From NCBI RefSeq assembly GCF_902713615.1, contig NC_052174.1:12704514-12768513 (forward strand): a DNA stretch of 64,000 nt, read 5' to 3'. The position numbers and the translations under genes are program-made. Shown here one piece after another: positions 1-12,770 of the stretch (within the stretch, counting starts at the first letter, position 1; each line of letters starts with the position of its first letter). This stretch comes from Scyliorhinus canicula. Lineage: Eukaryota. Below the pieces are notes generated by a model. That model did not search any database, was not told the origin of the DNA, and saw only the letters and a program-made list of their open reading frames with translations.

Positions 1-535
1 ACCTGTAGAGTGGGCCGTGTGCTCCCCATACCACAATTTAGTACAAGTCGTGGGTCAGGTGAACTCCATGATACACTTTGGGGTTCTCTAAATCCTGGCC
101 CATAACAGAGCACATGCAAACGTACAGGATTTGTTAAAGGGTTGATGCCGAGAGGTTGTTACCCTCTGGCCGGAGAGTCTGGACGATGGTGTAACTGCCT
201 CAGGATGGGGGCCGACTCTGCCCCAGTGAGCTGCGCTTGCTCCGCCATGGCGTTTATTCGTCACAGAGACTGACAGATTTGGGGACACCAAAGGGATAAG
301 GTGTAATGGAGGTAGAAAATCAGCCATGATCATACTGAATGGTGGAACAGGGTGGAGGGGCCGAATGGCCGACTCATTTATCCTGCGCTCTTACACCACC
401 GTTCAAACCAGACAGGACTCGGGTCAGTTCCAATCCCTGGGCCGCGACCTGTTAACTATTCGCAGGGCAACAACACAGATCCAAATTGTAATTTAGTTTA
501 TCTGGTATCAGTCGGGGGACAGCAGTTTCCCTTAC

Positions 536-634
536 CAACACGCTCCTCTCCTCCTCCAGCAGACCCTTCTCTTGCTGCTCTTTGGCCAGTGTCTGGTTTG
601 CTTGCGTTAAATGGTGCTCCAAGCTGAACAGCGC
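536..634 (-). CDS. CNTROB: Centrobin coding exon 7 (ALFSLEHHLTQANQTLAKEQQEKGLLEEERSVL); gene continues beyond the left edge
   Basis: ccttcccag| and |gtaagg. 99 nt, phase 0-0, coiled-coil composition. Confidence 0.85.
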
Positions 635-1167
635 CTGGGAAGGAAGTGGAAATACTGCGTCACCTTTATTGTCAGCTTCTGAGGGTGGAGGCCCCTTTCC
701 CTTTTCGCCAAAGACGGCGATTCCTCCCGAGCAAATGGCTCAAAGAACTTGCTCACAGATCCCTGGGCTGCAGGACTATGACCCAAACCCAACGGCAAAT
801 TCCCATGAACGAGCAGAGGGAGGAATTCCGATCAATAGCGGTGCTGTGAGGCAGCGGTGCTAACCACTGCGCCACCCTAAGTCACTCACCATCCCGACTG
901 GGAAATATATCGGCCGTTCCTTCACTGTCGCTGGGGTAACATCCTGGAACTCCGTCCCTAACAGCACTGTGGGTGCACCTACACCACATGGACTGCAGCG
1001 GGTTCAAGGAGTCGGCTCACCCACCGTCTCAAGGGGCAATTTGGGGCGGGCAAAAAATGCTGACCTAGTCAGCGACACCCATATCCCATGAATTTAGTTA
1101 AAAAATGCAAGGAGAGGGCAGAGAACTTGGTAAACAGTCAATTTTACAGAGCAAATCCCCAACAAGC

Positions 1168-1530
1168 TGACACGCACACACACACGAAGGCCGCAAACAC
1201 ACGTGCACACACACGAGGGCGCACAAACACACGAGGACGCATAAAACACGGCCACACACACACACACACACACGAGGACGCATAAAACACGGCCACACAC
1301 ACACACGATGGCGCACAAACACGCGCATACACACGAGGGCGCACAAACACGCGCACACACACGAGGGCGCACAAACACGCGCACACACACGAGGGTGCAC
1401 AAACATGCCCACACACACGAGGGTGCACAAACACGCCCACACACACGCGCACAAACACGAGGGTGCACACGCGCACAAACACGAGGGTGCACACGCGCAC
1501 AAAGCACACACACAGGGACGGGAGAACACA
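1168..1530. repeat. CA-rich compound minisatellite (~28-30 bp, CACACGAGGGCGCACAAACACGCG)
   Basis: Direct tandem repetition. Confidence 0.9.
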
Positions 1531-1944
1531 CATAAATGGGGAACGCAGGACGCACACTAAACTATAGCCCTGGGACAGAGGGGGCGTTACAGCATCACTG
1601 GGATATCCCTGCTTCCAAATTAGCCGTGGAATCCAGGATAGAGTTTCCTCCACGACTCAACAGCAATTGTCACGAGGAGAGGTTTCCTGTGGAAATCGGC
1701 TCGTCGCGGATGAGAGGGGAAAATAAAGCCAGGTAGAAGTGGGAGAATTAAGTTCCAGACTTCCCTCCCTCAGCTCCTTTAACAAGCTCGTTAACACCTA
1801 CTGCTGCAACCGAGCTTGGTGTGGAGCTTGGCGTCACACACACACGCACGCGCGCACACACGCAAGCAACCCCAAGCAAGTTAGAGGAGGCAGAGGCCTC
1901 TGAAAAGCCACTAGGTCAGCCAAGGGTTCATTCAGAGGCCCTAC

Positions 1945-2061
1945 CTGTTGCTGCTTGCCTCGCCTCCTCTCCGAGGCCTCGCGTTCCTCCTGCAGTTGCC
2001 TCATGGCCTCCGATTTCTCGGTGTCGTGTTTCTTCCAGCCGTCCACGACCTTCACCAGAGT
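1945..2061 (-). CDS. CNTROB: Centrobin coding exon 6 (TLVKVVDGWKKHDTEKSEAMRQLQEEREASERRRGKQQQ)
   Basis: ggacag| and |gtaggg. Resembles human TLARVVEGWNRHEAER. 117 nt. Confidence 0.92.
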
Positions 2062-2949
2062 CTGTCCACAGTTTCAACAAGGGGCAAATATTTGAACATG
2101 GTCAACAAAGCGATAACGTTTGGGGCTCAAAAGCTGTGAATCCCTCCTCGACCAGCCACGGGCCAGTGGGAAGTGAACCGGTGTCTCGAGATTCAGAAGG
2201 TTGTCGGTTCAATTCCTTCCCCCGGCCTTGTCAAACTTGCTGGAGACAGATTAATTGATCCTTGCTGTGTGTGTGGGAGCTTAGAGTGAGCTACTTTATC
2301 CTGAAAAAGTGATGCTTTCCAAAGAATTTTATTGGCTGGAAAGCATTTGCGAGATCCCAAGATTTTGATGGGGGCTATAGAAATGCAATGACCAATAGGT
2401 GTATTTTATGGTAAACCAAACTTTAATTTAAAGACAGGATTAACCATATTGACAGCAAAGAAATAGCTTTAAAATTAACAGTACTTAAATAAAAGGGGGG
2501 GGGGGGGGGAACTGTATTTTCCAATTAAGCAACCCAATACAGTTCAAATGCCACTTATAAATAAAGTTAACAATCAGGGTTACTTGTTTCTCTCTGCAGA
2601 CGTTTGGTGAGACACCCTTCCAGGAACAACTCCCGTTCAACTTAAAATCTTATAACAGACTGCAAAACTACAGACAGCCCTGGCTCCTCTCATTAATTAC
2701 ATCATCTGCATCACAAGCATAAGACATTCTCCAGTCTCCTCCCACTAAGTTGCCCCATGATCTCAGAAATTATCTACGCCCAGGGATCCTCCAAAACATA
2801 AAAAATATTCCATTAGCCATCTATATGTAAACAAGTAAATGGTTTTAAAAAATCAATGATTACCTCACTTTTATGACTCCTTAATCACAGATTTAGCAGA
2901 CATACTGCCTGTCTGCATTTTAACCCAGAGTTTTTAAATGACATTCATC

Positions 2950-3915
2950 ACAGTCCTGATAGGGGGAGAGCGAGCAGAATGGGCTCATATTCTCTGGAGT
3001 TTAGAAGGGCGAGAGGCTCTCTCTCGTTGAAACATATAAACTTCACCGAGGGTTTGCAGAGTAGGTGTGGGGAGACCGCTTCCCCCTGGCTGGAGAGTCC
3101 AAGTCTCGGAGTCACAATCTCAAGAAGGGGGAGGGGGCAGTCAGCCATTCTGGACTGAGGGAAGGAAAATGTCTTCGCTCAGTGGGTTGTGAATCTTTGG
3201 ACTTCTTCAGTGCAAAGAGCTGCGGAAGCTCAGTCATGGAGTATATTTGAGAGCGACATTGACAGGTTCTTGGGCACAAAGGGAATACAAAAGACAAAGG
3301 GGTTGGGGGGGGAGCAGGGCAGGAAAGTGGATACCAAATAGAAGGTTGACCACAATCTTATGGGATGGCGTAACAGGCTTAAGGGTCGAGATGGGCTAAT
3401 CCTGATCCAGATGGTAGAACGGAGGTGAGAGGCGAGTGGTTTACTCCGCCCCATCACAGAATCCTCACAGCCAGAAGTAGGCCATTCGGCCTAACGCTTC
3501 TGCGCCAGCTCTCCAAAGCAGCAATGCAACTTGTGCCACTCCCCCGCCTCCACCCTGCACATTCTTCCTTTTCAGAGAATGATCCAATTCCTTTATGAAA
3601 GCATCGATTGAACCTCCCTCCACCACACTCTCAGGCAGAGCATTCCCGATCACCCCTCGCTGGGTCTCTGTCGCTTCTTTAACCAATCCCCTTAAATCTG
3701 TGCCCCTCCCGTTCTCGATCCTTCCATCAAGGGGAACAGTTTCTCCCCCTCTACTCTGTCCCTACGCTTCATGATTTTGAACACCTCGACCAACTCTCCT
3801 CTCAACCTTCCCTTCTCAATGGGAGGCCATCCCCGCATCTTCAGTCTACATCGCTGAGGTGCCCCATCTGTGGAACCATTCTCATGAATCTTTTCTACGC
3901 CCTCGCCTTCACACC
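2950..3915. mobile_element. Old CR1-type 3' fragments in opposite orientations
   Basis: Degenerate FPLAGES / W..LP.SVVE motifs on the plus strand (2950-3400) and minus strand (3465-3915). Confidence 0.6.
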
Positions 3916-3997
3916 TAGTCCTTCATCAGAAGATGCTCTCGCGATGTCCGCAACAGCGGAGTGGGGAGGGTGCGCGGCCGAATTTTGACCCCCGTAC

Positions 3998-4114
3998 CTT
4001 ATCCAGCTGTTCGATCATGATGTCCTTCTTCCGGTCAGCTGACACCGCCACAGCCAGTTGCTGCTGGAGTTCCAAGATCTTGTTCTGCAGGCTCTGGATC
4101 TGCCTCTCACAGTG
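3998..4114 (-). CDS. CNTROB: Centrobin coding exon 5 (HCERQIQSLQNKILELQQQLAVAVSADRKKDIMIEQLDK)
   Basis: Very close to human HCERHIQSLQTRVLELQQQLAVAVAADRKKDTMIEQLDK. tcgcag| and |gtacgg, 117 nt. Confidence 0.96.
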
Positions 4115-5123
4115 CTGCGACGGGATTGGCCAAGAAGAGAAAGAGAACACCAATCAGAGTTTAGCAATTCCTGGTAGGCGTGGGGGGCTATCAGCGGGTA
4201 GACAGGATGCAGTTACTATCAGATAACAATGATCTCAATAAACCGTGGAACACGCTCAAGGGGCCGAGTGGCCTATTACTGCTCCTTGTTCGTGAGAGCT
4301 GTGCGTCGAACCATTTAATCTTCGCCACCAATTCAGAGAGGACCCACAATATTTAATTCTGAGCATCAGGGTTAAGCGGGCAGGCTGGACCAACCAGGGC
4401 TCAACAGCGACTCAAGTGAGGGTTCGGATGCATGCGGCAGAACTGCAAAAAGAAATCTGCACTCATAATGGCGCCTCCCACATAATTATCGGATGGACCA
4501 ATGTCATAATGTCACAAGCTTGTCAAATCTGGCAGGAGGAGATGGTTAGGCGACCCGGTGGAAAAGTGGGCAGCAATCCCTGCCTCAGCAGGTTCGAATC
4601 TCACCCGGGACTTGGTGGTCAAGGAAGGCGCGTTCACTGCGCAGTCCAACAGGCTGATCATCAACCTGCAAACCTTTTCCACCACACCTATGGCAGGCGA
4701 CAAGGTGGCAGAGACTCCGCATCAGCCCTGCTTGCTGCAGTCAGGTGGCTTCACGCAAACGGCCCCCCGCTCCTGGAAAAGAGAGGTATTGGGTGACCAA
4801 AAGTTTGGTCAGTTTAAAGATGTGTCTTGGAAGGAGGAGGGAGAGACCGAGGTGTTGGGAGAGAGGGGATTCCAGAACTGAGGGCCCAAACAGCAGAAGG
4901 CACGACTACCAATGGTGAAGTGATTAAAGTCAGGGGAGTGCACAAGGAGCCGGAAATGGAGGGACATAGAAATTTGAATCAAAGAACATTTGATATACAA
5001 TATTCTCTGCCAACAGGTGAAGCGTTTCCGAGGGATTAATGGATTGCTTCTTATTAAAGCTGCAGAAATTGAAGAATAAATCCTCTTTAAATATTGCGAT
5101 ACAGCTAGGAAAACGAGGGCATA

Positions 5124-6770
5124 ACCACCCCAAACCCCTCGATTAGATTCCAGTCTGTAACTCACTCCCGGGTATCTGTTATTCTATATAAACCACCCGG
5201 AACACCTCGATTAGATTCCAGTCTGTAACTCACTCCCGGGTATCTGTTATTCTATATATAAACCATCCCGAACCCCTCGATTAGATTCCAGTCTGGAACT
5301 CACTCCCGGGTATCTGTTATTCTATATATAAACCACCCTGAACCCCTCGATTAGATTCCAGTCTGTAACTCACTCCTGGGTATCTGTTATTCTATATATA
5401 AACCACCCCGAACCCCTCCATTAGATTCCAGTCTGTAACTCACTCCTGGGTATCTGTTATTCTATACATAAACCACCCCGAAACCCCTCGATTAGATTCC
5501 AGTCTGTAACTCACTCCCGGGTATCTGTTATTCTATATATAAACCACCCTGAACCCCTCGATTAGATTCCAGTCTGTAACTCACTCCCGGGTATCTCTTA
5601 TTCTATGTATAAACCACCCCGAACCCCTCGATTAGATTCCAGTCTGTAACTCACTCCCGGGTATCTGTTATTCTATATATAAACCACCCCGAACCCCACG
5701 ATTAGATTCCAGTCTGGAACTCACTCCCGGGTATCTGTTATTCTATATATAAACCACCCCGAACCCCTCGATTAGATTCCAGTCTGTAACTCACTCCCGG
5801 GTATCTGTTATTCTCTATATAAAACACCTAGAACACCTCGATTAGATTCCAGTCTGTAACTCACTCCTGGGTATCTGTTATTCTATATATAAACCACCCC
5901 GANNNNNNNNNNNNNNNNNNNNNNNNNNNNNNNNNNNNNNNNNNNNNNNNNNNNNNNNNNNNNNNNNNNNNNNNNNNNNNNNNNNNNNNNNNNNNNACTC
6001 ACTCCCGGGTATCTGTTATTCTATATATAAACCATCCCGAACCCCTCGATTAGATTCCAGTCTGTAACTCACTCCCGGGTATCTGTTATTCTGTATATAA
6101 CCCACACCGAACCCCTCGATTAGATTACAATCTGTAACTCACTCCCGGGTATCTGTTATTCTGTATATAAACCACCCCAAACCCCTCGATTAGATTTCAG
6201 TTTGTAACTCACTCCCAGGTATCTGTTATTCTATATATAAACCACCCTGAACTCCTCGATTAGATTCCGGTCTGTAACTCACTCCCGGGTATCTGTTATT
6301 CTATATGTAAACCACCCCGAACCCCTCGATTTGATTCCAGTCTGTAACTCACTCCCGGGTATCTGTTATTCTATACATAAACCACCCCGAACCCCTCGAT
6401 TAGATTCCAGTCTGTAACTCACTCCCAGGTATCTATATATAAACCACACAGAACCCCTCGATTAGATTCCAGTCTGTAACTCACTCCCAGGTATCTGTTA
6501 TTCTATATATAAACCACCCTGAACCCCTCGATTAGATTCCAGTCTGTAACTCACTCCCAGGTATCTATATATAAACCACACAGAACCCCTCGATTAGATT
6601 CCAGTCTGTAACTCACTCCCGGGTATCTGTTATTCTATATATAAACCACCCCGAACCCCTCGATTAGATTACAGTCTGTAACTCACTCCCAGGTATCTGT
6701 TATTCAATATATAAACCACCCCAAACCCCTCGATTTGATTCCAGCCTGTAATTCGCTCCCGGAGAATCTG
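5124..6770 (-). repeat. 70-bp minisatellite in a CNTROB intron (contains an N gap)
   Basis: Unit AAACCACCCCGAACCCCTCGATTAGATTCCAGTCTGTAACTCACTCCCGGGTATCTGTTATTCTATATAT. Confidence 0.97.
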
Positions 6771-7948
6771 TTAATTTGACAAAGCATCCAGAATAAACAC
6801 AGCTGATTTAATATTGGTGATAAAATAGTTTGGTGCAGTCAGAGATTCCCACACACGCAGCCCTACAAATGGCGGGAGGTATTTGCAGTTGAGGGGGAGC
6901 GGTGATAAAGCTGATTCAGTTAGTCAAAGATGGAACGATAAAACAGATCTCAGAAGGGAGTTTAAAACCAGGGCTTGCATGCGTGGATGAAGCAGGATAC
7001 TGGCTGTGTCTCGAAATAAGCTAACTCTAAAGCTCCAGGGTCACACTGGACGGGAGGTGTCTGAAGTTGAGCCCACGAGGCACTTTCGAGCATACAGCAA
7101 ATATCGAGAAGAGATTGGGTGTGCCTGAAAAGAGGATTAGAGATGGATTGGCTTTCTAAGTACGACCAGCTGGCAAGCAAGGGAGTCAGGGCCCCCAATC
7201 TGCTTATCGCCGCGTGAGCAGCCTTTCAGGCAGATTCTGATTATCCAGCGAGGTGATAGAGCAGGGAAAGAGCAACAAGCGGCATCAACCCCGGTCGTAC
7301 ACCAACTAGCAATCAGTCAGAGGCAGGCACAGTGCTGGCTGCAGCTTTTAACGTGTGACCAAGGGGAAAACAAAAAGGACAAACATCTTCACAATTTACT
7401 CAAGATAAAGAAATGCAGCTGTCGGTCACTCGTGTACAGGCTGGTTTAGTGCAAATGTTCAGCTTTCTCAGAGGGTCGCTGATTAAGGGTGTCGTCTCGT
7501 GCAGAACGGAGCCAGAGGGCAGGATCGCTCTCCGTTTGAGCGAATCAATTGCTGACTTTTTTTTCCAGAAATGACCGCAGATCCCAAACGCACAAGAGCC
7601 CTTGACGCACGGCGGATATTTTATTGGCACATTCCAGATTTTTAAATCGTTCCACCGCTGGCGGCCGTGCCGTCAGCTGCCCGGCCCAAAGCCTTGGCGT
7701 TCCCCGCCTTAGACCTCTCCTCATTTGAAGAGGCTCCTTCAGAATCGGCCTTGTCAATCAGGCTTGTGGTCACATGTCCCACTGCAGTTCAGACTCAGGT
7801 TGTTGCTCCAGTGAACATTTCACTCCTAAAAGAGGTGCTATAGGAAGGCGCGTGGTTGTTGGGAGGTCCCAGTGGGAAAGAGGGATTTGAAAAGGCTGAA
7901 GACAGGTGGGGGAGGGGGGGTCGCTGGTGGGAGGGCGCCGTTATTTAC

Positions 7949-8135
7949 CTTCCTCCTCGTGCGCTCTTTGTCGAGGGTGTCCTTCAGGATCTGACACTCG
8001 AAGAGGGAGGATTCGGCCGCCATCCCCTCGCCCGTCCCCATCCGCATCCGGGAATACCGAGGGAAGAGAGCAGCTTCATCCAATCCCAGGATGGACAACG
8101 GCGGGGACACCGATATCTCCTGCAGCGGTTTGGCA
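7949..8135 (-). CDS. CNTROB: Centrobin coding exon 4 (AKPLQEIS...LFPRYS...LKDTLDKERTRRK)
   Basis: gatttcag| and |gtaaat. Resembles human LFPRYTS...LRDALDSEHTRRK. Phase 2 to 0. Confidence 0.92.
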
Positions 8136-8521
8136 CTGAAATCATTAACAGGTCAGAGAGAGGTTGCACCACAGAAATGAGGCCATTCAGCCCGTCACCT
8201 CCCCTCAGCTCTCTGCAAAAGCAACAGCCCCGATTGAACCAGGCTCCACCGCACTCTCAGGCAGCGCATTCCTGATACTGACCATTCACTGGTAGAAATT
8301 CTACAGGTCACTGTCGTTCAGTTTACAAATCACATTAAATCAGTGTCCTCTGCTTCTCCTTTCTACCAACGGGAACAGTGTTACGATATTCTCTCTGCGG
8401 ACAGCCCTCGGAATTCTGAATACCGCTTACAAATCTCCTCTGAATCTTCTCCTCTCCGAGAACAGCCCCAGCTTCTCCAATCTACGCACGCAACTGAAAT
8501 TCCTCATTCCCGGAACTGCTC

Positions 8522-8790
8522 CATAGAACCCCGACAGTGCCATTCAGCCCATCGAGTCTACACCACCAATCCTCCGAAAGACCATCCTACCCAGCAGTTT
8601 TGCCACGGCCAATCCACCGAAACTGCACATCTTTGGACTGTGGGAGGAAACCGGAGCACCCGGAGGAAACCCACGCAGACACGGGGAGAATGTGCAAAAT
8701 CTACACAAGACAGTCACCCAAGGTCGGAATCGAACCGGGGTCGCTGGCGCTGCGATGCAGCAGTGCTAACCACTGTGCCATCGTCCCCGC
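8522..8790 (-). mobile_element. tRNA-derived V-SINE/HE1-like SINE
   Basis: Core GGGTTTCCTCCGGGTGCTCCGGTTTCCTCCCAC and B box GGTTCGATTCC. Confidence 0.88.
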
Positions 8791-9851
8791 CACACACCCC
8801 GCCCCTCCCAATTAATCTTTTGTTTTAGCATCCACTCTCATTGCCTTCACATCCTGTCAAGCGCATCGATTTAAACGCCGTCAAGCCGGGCAGGATTTGG
8901 GTCAAAACAAAACCTTTAAAAGTTTTCCCTTGGCCCTTTCTTTTTGTTTTGGTTTATTTATTGAGGACGCTGCCCTCGCGAAGATACCGAGGATCCGCCA
9001 TATTCAACAGCTGCCAGCCCAACCCGGCAACGGTGCTCCCATTTTTAAAACAGTTCCCATCACAGTTTGCCAAGACCCAGCGGCTCGCTCTGCCATTCGA
9101 GACGTGCCGTTAATAATCCACTACATTGCCGCGGGTCTGGAGTCACGTGTCCACCAAACTGGGCAAGGATGATTCATGGTGGGAGTTGTGGGGAATCCAA
9201 AATTGCCTCCAATAATTTCAGGCCCTGGTTTGGGGAGGGGAGGGGGGGGGGGGGGGGGGGGGGGGGGCGGGGGGTCCCTGGCATAGCCCAGGGAGGACCC
9301 AGGCGAGAGGGAGGGGGGTCCCTGGCAAAGCCCAGAGCGAGGGGGCCCCGAGCGAGAGAGAGAGGGGGGTCCCGGGCGTGGCCCAGAGCGAGGGGGAGTT
9401 CCGGGCGAGAGCGAGTGGCACCCCAGAGCGAGTTTTATGTTTGGATGGCGAGAGAGGTGGAGGTGAAAGGACAGGCACCTCTTGCGATTGTCACAATAAA
9501 GTGCCAAAGGGCCCCTCACCGAGGCAGTGCCGGCACTGAAAGCGTGCTGCACTGTCTGGTGGTTGAATGTTAAACTGAAGCCCCCACTGCACTGATCCTC
9601 CCCCCCGGTCTGCTCAGCGTTGCTCAGTAGGGGAGTGGGAGGGTGCTCCCTGACGTCCTGGTCAATATTTAACCCTCATCCTCGGGAATTATGAAGAAAT
9701 CAGATTATCCTGCCCTTGGAGCCACTCGGACAGTCGTGTGTAGCGTTACCAGAGAAGCAGTTCTCCCCACCCTCCCAAACATAAACGGCATTGATTCGCA
9801 AAGGCCGCCTACCCGACCACGGCAGGTGCTGCCGCGACTCCGGCGGCCCAC

Positions 9852-9957
9852 CTGAGTAAGGTGCTGGTGCAGTCGCTCTCGAACGAATCGTCATCCCGCT
9901 GTTCCTCTGCTGCCTTCTGCGCCGGCGTTGGGGAGGTAGGACTGACAGCGGCGTCCC
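9852..9957 (-). CDS. CNTROB: Centrobin coding exon 3 (...EEQRDDDSFESDCTSTLL)
   Basis: ccatacag| and |gtgggc. Resembles human ERREEDSFDSDSTATLL. Phase 1 to 2. Confidence 0.9.
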
Positions 9958-10329
9958 CTGTATGGAGGGAACGGGACGAGGCCCGGGTTAATTCACGGAG
10001 ATACACAATTCAGTTCTCACGCTGCTTTGCCTCAATTGGGGGCTATCGGAGCCCTCATTGCCAGACTCTTAATACCCGATCCTTGTCCTTGAGGCAGGGA
10101 TGTGTCTGGCCCCCGCTGAACTGCTCTCTGAGCCACTCTCTCCACCCCAGGCCCCCACTGAACCGCTCTCCGAGGAGCACACTCAACCCCATGCCTGAAG
10201 ATATTGCGGCTTTCTGTAACCTCATGAGGACGCAAAGGCGGTGGAAGGGGGCAGCAAAACACCATGGCATTCACCCTGCGCCCACCCTCCCATTGAGCAT
10301 CAGCTGGCGACGCAGGATTAGATACTCAC

Positions 10330-10414
10330 TGTAGGTGAGCTCCTGAGAAAGCTTCAACATGTTCTGCAGATGGGAACGCACCGACTCCATCTCCGAGACG
10401 TGCCTGGATCCAAT
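10330..10414 (-). CDS. CNTROB: Centrobin coding exon 2 (IGSRHVSEMESVRSHLQNMLKLSQELTY)
   Basis: cctcag| and |gtgagt. Resembles human GSKHIFEMESVRGQLQTML. Phase 0 to 1. Confidence 0.92.
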
Positions 10415-10943
10415 CTGAGGAAGAAGAATAGACAAGGCGAGCAAAGTGGGGTTAAACCTCCACAAAGGCGATTTTGGGGGTGATTAAGCTACTGGTTCTA
10501 CTAATCCCGAGGGCTTGGTCTGCCAACTCAGGTACAATCCCTGTCCTCACAGGTTCTGAACCGGAATCAAATTTAGTCCAATCCGCAAATAAACACGGAA
10601 AATCATTTTTTTTAAAAAGAGAGCGTGAGGGTGGCGAATCCAACAGGCTCACTGATTCCTTCAGCCCAGGAAACATGGAAGCTGCCATGGGCCCATCCCA
10701 CACCAACACCAGACGTGGCCTGGCAGAGGCCCTTAGTGGAACAGAACTAGGGGTGGGCGGTAGATACCAGCCTTGCCAGCAACGTCTGCAGCCCTATCTA
10801 CGACTGAAGAGCACAGAAACAGGCCATTCGGTCCAACTGGTCCACGCTCGTTTGTGCCACCTCCTAACCCTACTTCTCCATTCCCTTCGCCCGCAAATGG
10901 TTCCCACGCAGGACAGACTGACGATGAACTGCCAGAGAATTAC

Positions 10944-11555
10944 CTTTGCCCCGTTGCTGCCTTCCACCTTCTTGGACAGCCGCTGGGTCATCTGCGCAAC
11001 AGGTTCTTCCAGCTCAGAAGATGCCAACTCTGTGGGCGCCTCCTTGGCGAACTGGACGGACCGTGAGTGGCGGGAGGTGGCTGTTTCAGAGGGGCCGGCA
11101 GAAACCACGTCACGCACAAGGCCAGGCCTGGCTCGGCTCCTGCTGATGGTGGCTTGCTTGGCCGTGGGGTCTGGGAGTTGCGAGCGGGAGTGAGGCCCAA
11201 TGAGTGCAGGATTGGGCCTGTCGCAGTGGACCGACGCCTCTTTATGCTGGGAGGTGTCGAACTGTTTGGAGGCGGTGCGCTGGGAAGGTGGTAAGCAGCG
11301 GGCAGCCCCCAACTCGCAGCCCATCTGCAGCGACGCGTACAGCCTGGTGGTGAGCTCGGACGAGGAGGCGAGGCTGGCACATGGGCTGCTGGGCAGAGAG
11401 CGGGAGACAGCAGTCGAGGCAGGGCGATCAAAGCAGGGCATGGTGGCGGCGGCGGCCCAGGCAGCACGCGGGCTGGCTGGGGCAGAGCTGGGCGCGGAGG
11501 CCGGCAGGGGCTCGACATCACTCATCAAGTCCTCAGGTCGAATTGGGGAATCCAT
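10944..11555 (-). CDS. CNTROB: Centrobin, first coding exon (MDSPIRPEDLMSD...SSELTTRLYASL...; an in-frame upstream ATG at 11600 is also possible)
   Basis: Acceptor tctcgccaacag| before 11624 and donor AAG|gtaatt after 10944. Motifs resemble the human centrobin N-terminus (SPLGAEDLLSD, SSEVTSQLYASL). 612 nt, phase 0. Confidence 0.85.
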
Positions 11556-11924
11556 CGCCTGGTGTCGTACAGTCGAAACCCAGCGGGAATCTCTCCACAT
11601 CACACAGCAGTCTCACGGTCCAACCTGTTGGCGAGAAACAGATTTGAAGACATCAATAAAACTGGATTACCACCGATTCTGGTACCGACTTTAAAAATTA
11701 ACTGCCGTGTGGCAAACACACTGCATACTCAAAGTGGCTCAATGTCTTGATCCACTCTTCCCCAGCCCACCATTTGCCCCCTCCCCACCCATAACACCCC
11801 CCACCCCGAAATCCCCCACCCATAACACCCCCCCCACCCCAAAATCCCCACCCATCCTTGCCTCCTTCACCAGGCTTGCCTTCATCCCCACTCCCCTCTG
11901 CCAACCTTACTTCCCATCTCATTT

Positions 11925-12320
11925 ACCCCTCCCCTCCATTTACCTCCCCACCCCCCTCCATTTACCTCCCCCACCCCCTCCATTTACCTCCCCCACCCCC
12001 TCCATTTACCTCCCCCACCCCCTCCATTTACCTCCCCCACCCCCTCCATTTACCTCCCCCACCCCCTCCATTTACCTCCCCCACTCCCTCCATTTACCTC
12101 CCCTCCCCTACATGTACCTCCCCTCCATTTACCACCCCCTCCATGTTACTTTCCCCTCCCCTCCATTTTCCACCCCCTCCATGTTACTTTCCCCTCCCCT
12201 CCATTTACCACCCCCTCCATTGACATCCCCCTCCCCTCTTCCCTTCCCCCTCCCCTACATGTACCACCCCCTCCCCTCCATTGACCTCCCTCATTTACCC
12301 CTCCAACTCCATTTAACCAT
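11925..12320. repeat. C-rich 22-bp minisatellite (CCATTTACCTCCCCCACCCCCT) decaying into low-complexity sequence
   Basis: Tandem repetition. Confidence 0.85.
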
Positions 12321-12349
12321 CTCCTCCCCTCATTTCCCCCTCCCCTCAG

Positions 12350-12770
12350 TTACCTGTCCCCTCGCTCTCTCTCTCTCTCTCTCTCCGCTCCGGGTACACA
12401 CACTCCCTCTCTCTGTCTGTCTGTCTGTCCCCCCCCCTTCCCGCGTTCCCAGCCGCCATAGCAACCGCGCTCCACCCGCGTCATCATCGCCGCGCCGACA
12501 CCGCGCGGAAGGACCCCAACGGTCGCTGTGAGGCTGCCCGGCGCTGCGCCTGAGCCAAACCACAGGCCCCGGTCAGAGCGAGAGAGGATGAGAAGGAGGA
12601 TTATCATGCCGGCTGTGACGCCGAGGATCCCGTTCATTGGACCCACGGGCCTTTGAAGCCAACGCCTCATAAACCTCAGCGACCGGCTGTGAGGGAGGCC
12701 CCGGTTGTGAGGCTGTCCAGCGTGCTGCCTGAATCCCCGGAGGAGGAAGAGGAAAGAGTGAGGTGACATC
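12350..12770. promoter_or_regulatory. CpG-rich putative bidirectional promoter and non-coding first exons of CNTROB and TRAPPC1
   Basis: CpG-dense segment between divergent genes whose first coding exons both follow splice acceptors. Minus-strand donor GACAG|gtaact near 12353. X-box-like GCCGCCATAGCAAC at ~12452-12465. Confidence 0.6.
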
